NCBI GenBank assembly: GCA_964016885.1
Contig: OZ024742.1
Span: 220,162,001-220,226,000, forward strand
Direction of reading: 5' to 3'
DNA from: Eledone cirrhosa
Lineage: Eukaryota
DNA: 64,000 nt
Shown here: positions 59,890-64,000 of the stretch, piece by piece
Position numbering within the stretch: the first letter of the stretch is position 1
Layout: every line of letters begins with the position of its first letter
Program-made: the position numbers and the translations under genes
The notes under the pieces: generated by a model
Told to the model about the DNA's origin: nothing
The model's database searches: none
What the model saw: only the letters and a program-made list of their open reading frames with translations

Positions 59890-62432
59890 CCCCTCAAATC
59901 ATAACCTACCAAGAAATAGCATTGAAATCCCTCACATACCATAAACTACAAAGAAATAGCAGTCAAATCTAATGCCAACTATAACCTACCAAGAAATAGC
60001 AGTCAAATACCCTTCATACCATACAATAACCTAGCAAGAAAAAGCAGTCAAAACCCCCTCAAACCATACCATAACCTACCAGAGAAATAGCAGTCAAATC
60101 CCACTCATACCATAACCTACCAAGAAATAGCAGTCAAATCCACTTCATACCAAAACCTACAAAGAAATAGCAGTCAAATCCCCTCATAACATACCATAAC
60201 TAACCAAGAAATAGCAGTCATATCTCCCTCATACCATACCTTAACCTACCGTGAAATAACAGTCAAATTCCCCTCAAACCAATCCTACCTATAAATAGAA
60301 GTCAAATCCCCCTTATAACCTACCAAGAAATAGCAGTGAAAACCCCCTCATACCTTACCATAACATACCAAAAAATAGCAGTCAAATCTCCCCCATACCA
60401 TACCAGAACCTACCAAGAAATAGCAGTCAAATCCACCTCATACCATAACCTACCAAGAAATAGCAGTCAATTCTACCTCATACCATAACCTACCAAGAAA
60501 TAGCAGTCAAATTTGCCTCAGACAATATCCTACCAGGAAATAGCAGTCAAATCCCCTCATACCATACCATAACCTACCAAGAAATAGCATTCAAATCTCC
60601 CACCTACTATAACCTACCATGAAATAACAGTCAAATCCTCCTCATACCATAAGTTACCAAGAAATAGCAGTCAATTCCACCTCATACCATACCATAACCT
60701 ACCAGAGAAATAGCAGTCAAATCCCCCTCATACCATACCAGAAGCTAGCAAGAAATAGCAGTCAAATCCACCTCATACCATAACCTACCAAGAAATAGCA
60801 GTCAATTCTACCTCATACCATAACCTACCAAGAAATAGCAGTCAAATTTGCCCCAGACAATATCCTTCCAGGAAATAGCAGTCAAATCCCCCTAATACCA
60901 TACCATAACCTACCAAGAAATAGCAGTCAAATCTTCCACAGAACTTAACATAACATAGCAAGAAATAACAGCCAAATCCCCCCTCATAACATACCATAAC
61001 CTACCAATAAATAACAGTCAAAGTCCTCTCAAACCGTGTCCTACCTAGAAATAGAAGTCAAATCTCCCTCATAACCTACCAAGAAATAGCGGTGAAATCC
61101 CCTTCATACCATACTATATCCTACCTAGAAATAGCAGTCGGATCCCTCTCATACCATACCATAACATACCAACAAATAACAGTTAAATTCCCCTCAAACC
61201 ATGTCCTACCTAGAAATAGCAGTCAAATCCCCCTCATACCTTAACCTACCAAGAAATAACAGTCAAATCACCCTCATACCATAACCTACCAGGAAATAGC
61301 AGTCAAATCTGCCTCATACCATACCATATCCTACCAAGAAATAGCAGTCAAATCCCCCTCATATCATAACCAACCAAGAAATAGCAGTCAAATCCCCCTC
61401 ATACTATAACCTACCAAGAAATAGCAGTCAAATCCCCTTAATACTATAACCTACCAAGAAATAGCAGTCAAATCCCCTTAATACTATAACCTACCAAGAA
61501 ATAGCAGTCAAATCCCCCTCATACCATAACCTACCTAGAAATAGCAGTTAAATCCCCCTCAAACCATAACATTACCTACCAAGAAATAGCAGTCAAATCT
61601 CCCTCATGCCTTATCATAACATAGCAAGAAATAACAGTCAAATCCTCCTCGTACCTTGCCATACCTACCAAGAAATAGCAGTCAAATCCCCCTCATAACA
61701 TACCATAACCTACCTAGAAATACCAGTCAAATTCCCCTGAAACCACGTCCTACCCAAGAAATAGCGGTGAAATCCCCATCATACCATACCATAACCTACC
61801 TAGAAATAGCAGTCAAATCCCCTTCAAACCATACCATAACTTACCTAGAAATAGCTGTCAAATATCTCATCTGCTATAACCTACCATGAAATAACAGTCA
61901 AATCTCCCTCATATAACCTAACAAGGAATAGCAGTCAAATCCCCCTCATACCTTACCATAACCTACCAAGAAATAGCAGTCAAATGCCCCTCATACCATA
62001 TCATAACCTACCAAGAAATAGCATACAAATCCTCTTCATACCATAACCTACCAAGAAATAGCAGTTAAATCTCTCTCATACCATACCATTACCTACCAAG
62101 AAATAGCAGTCAAATCTCCCTCATACCTTACCATACCTACAAACAAATAGTAGTCAAATCCCCCTCATAACATACCATAACCTACCTAGAAATACCAGTC
62201 AAATGTCCCTCCTACCATACCATAACCTACCAAGAAATAGCAGTCAAATCACCCTTATACCATACCGTAACCTACCAAGAAATAGCAGCTAAATCCTCCT
62301 CATACCATAACCTACCAAGAAATACCAGTCAAATCCCCCTCATACCATAACCTTCCAAGAAATAGCAGTCAAATGTCCCTCATACCATACCTTAACCTAC
62401 CAAGAAATAGCAGTCAAATCCCCCTCATACCA
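59890..62432. repeat. Satellite array with ~40/45-bp unit (ataccataacctaccaagaaatagcagtcaaatccccctc), ~55-60 copies
   Basis: Read directly; length variants differ by one atacc pentamer. Confidence 0.97.
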
Positions 62433-64000
62433 CCAAAGAACGTTGTAATGCGGAACGTGAGTACAAACTGCACAAATCAGACATCAATAGGAAGAGGCGA
62501 AATAAATCATCCAACCACCTCAAACAGGTGACAAAAAAGGCAGTGCTTCAATTTGAGCAGCGCATAGCAACCAGCCCTGACAGTAAGGTGTTCTGGAAGT
62601 ATGTTCACTCAAAGCAGAGGCCTCACTCTCCAGTTGGACCTCTTCACAATCCCCATACAAGCCAGGTTACTGACGACCCCAAGGAATGTGCAGAGCTCAT
62701 TGCTGAATGCTATGCAGCCCTTTTCACTATTGAAGACCAGAGTGTACCGTCTCCACCACCTATGACACCGGACTCTATTACAACCATGGAATTTACACCT
62801 GCAATGCTGCGACGTCACCTAAAAAATAAACGCAACCATGCCTCTCCTGGTCTTGGTGGTGTTACGTACCTGCTTCTTAAATGTGGTGGGTACTTCCTTC
62901 TGCACCAGCTATCATGCTTCTTCCAATTCTGTCTGAACAACAGTGCTACTCCAGAACAGTGGAAAACTGCCAGTGTCATTCCTCTGTTCAAAAAGGGTGA
63001 CCGCACATCACCTGTGGACTATCATCCAGTCACTCTTACTAGTTGCATTGCCAAACTGATGGAATCCTGTGTCAGAGAAACGCTTTGGAATTTCTGGAAC
63101 TCTCACAATCTTATCCGGCCCTTGCAATTTGGATTTATCCCCAACTCCAGCTGCTGTGATCAACTTATTGAGTTTCTTGAAGACATCACCCGGATCACTG
63201 ATGGCGGCTCATGGGTGGATGTTGTTTACCTTGACTTTGCGAAAGCTTTCAATTCTGTGCCACATAAAAGGCTTATGGCAAAACTCTCTGCAATGGGTGT
63301 GAAGGATGATCTTTTTAACTGGTTGAAGTCCTTCATTCTCAGTCGAAGAGAGGTAATCACGGTTCTGGGACAGCATTCCTCACCCTATGAGGTGTCATCT
63401 GGTGTACCACAGGGATCTGTTCTTGGCCCCCTTTTGTTTGTGGCATATATTAATGACATAGATGTCAACTTAAAGAATGCTACAGTACTGAAATATGTAG
63501 ATGACATCAAGCTGTACCTTGAGATAAAAAGGACAGATCCTGAACACTATAGATCTTGCTTGCAGTCTGACCTGGACACAATGCAACAATGGATCTCAGA
63601 CTGGCAACTCAAGTTAGCTGTGGACAAGTGCACCACCATGCATTTTGGGAGTAAAAACCCAGCATCCACATATTCCCTCCACAACCACTAATATCAAGAA
63701 GTCTTCTTGTGAAGGTCACCTGGGCATTACGGTCAGCAGCGATTTGCGCTGGACGAAGCACGTCTCTAAAATTGTCAAGAGGGCCGAGGGTGTCTTAGCA
63801 TCACTCAGCAAGACCTTTGTCAGCCGCTCTCCAGCTATCTATTTAAGGCTGTACATGGCTATGGTGCAGCCACACTTAGAATTTGCATCACCAGTCTGGA
63901 AGCCCTATCTTGCTCAGAACATTGACTGCCTGGAAACTGTTCAGAGACGTGCAACCAAGCGAATACCCTCCATCAGGCATCTACCATACTCTGAACGCCT
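62433..64000 (+). mobile_element. 5'-truncated CR1-type LINE (RT), frameshifted near 63690, running off the window
   Basis: [34 protein letters not shown]; homology continues downstream (HLEFASPVW, LETVQRRATK). Confidence 0.92.

Noticed and set aside
59890-62432. CRISPR-like periodic array
   Set aside because: Inter-repeat segments are variants of one another rather than unique spacers; no cas genes; eukaryotic context.

Overview
Eukaryotic, AT-rich, repeat-dominated window with no confidently identifiable host gene. The SINE/LINE repertoire and microsatellite style suggest an octopus or other coleoid cephalopod (inference). From ~2 to ~44.5 kb, roughly 15 kb of (TA)n/(TATACA)n microsatellite is interrupted by retroelements: several 5'-truncated RTE LINEs with a PHD finger, a near-complete CR1-type LINE, a second CR1-type LINE and Penelope-like elements (PLE; RT + GIY-YIG). 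The most striking pattern is a set of mutually dissimilar fold-back (head-to-head) insertions with arms from 56 bp to 2.3 kb. Three carry a complete type I hammerhead ribozyme fold in both arms, one carries a half motif and one a hammerhead-like core. Each has one longer outer arm, and two show stuttered restarts at the symmetry axis. The right third holds old SINE/LINE debris, a hAT transposase remnant, a 40-bp minisatellite, a 2.5-kb satellite and a truncated CR1-type LINE. The very long Y/I/M/C/V/H/T ORFs are microsatellite artefacts. There is a 200-N gap at 25528-25727.
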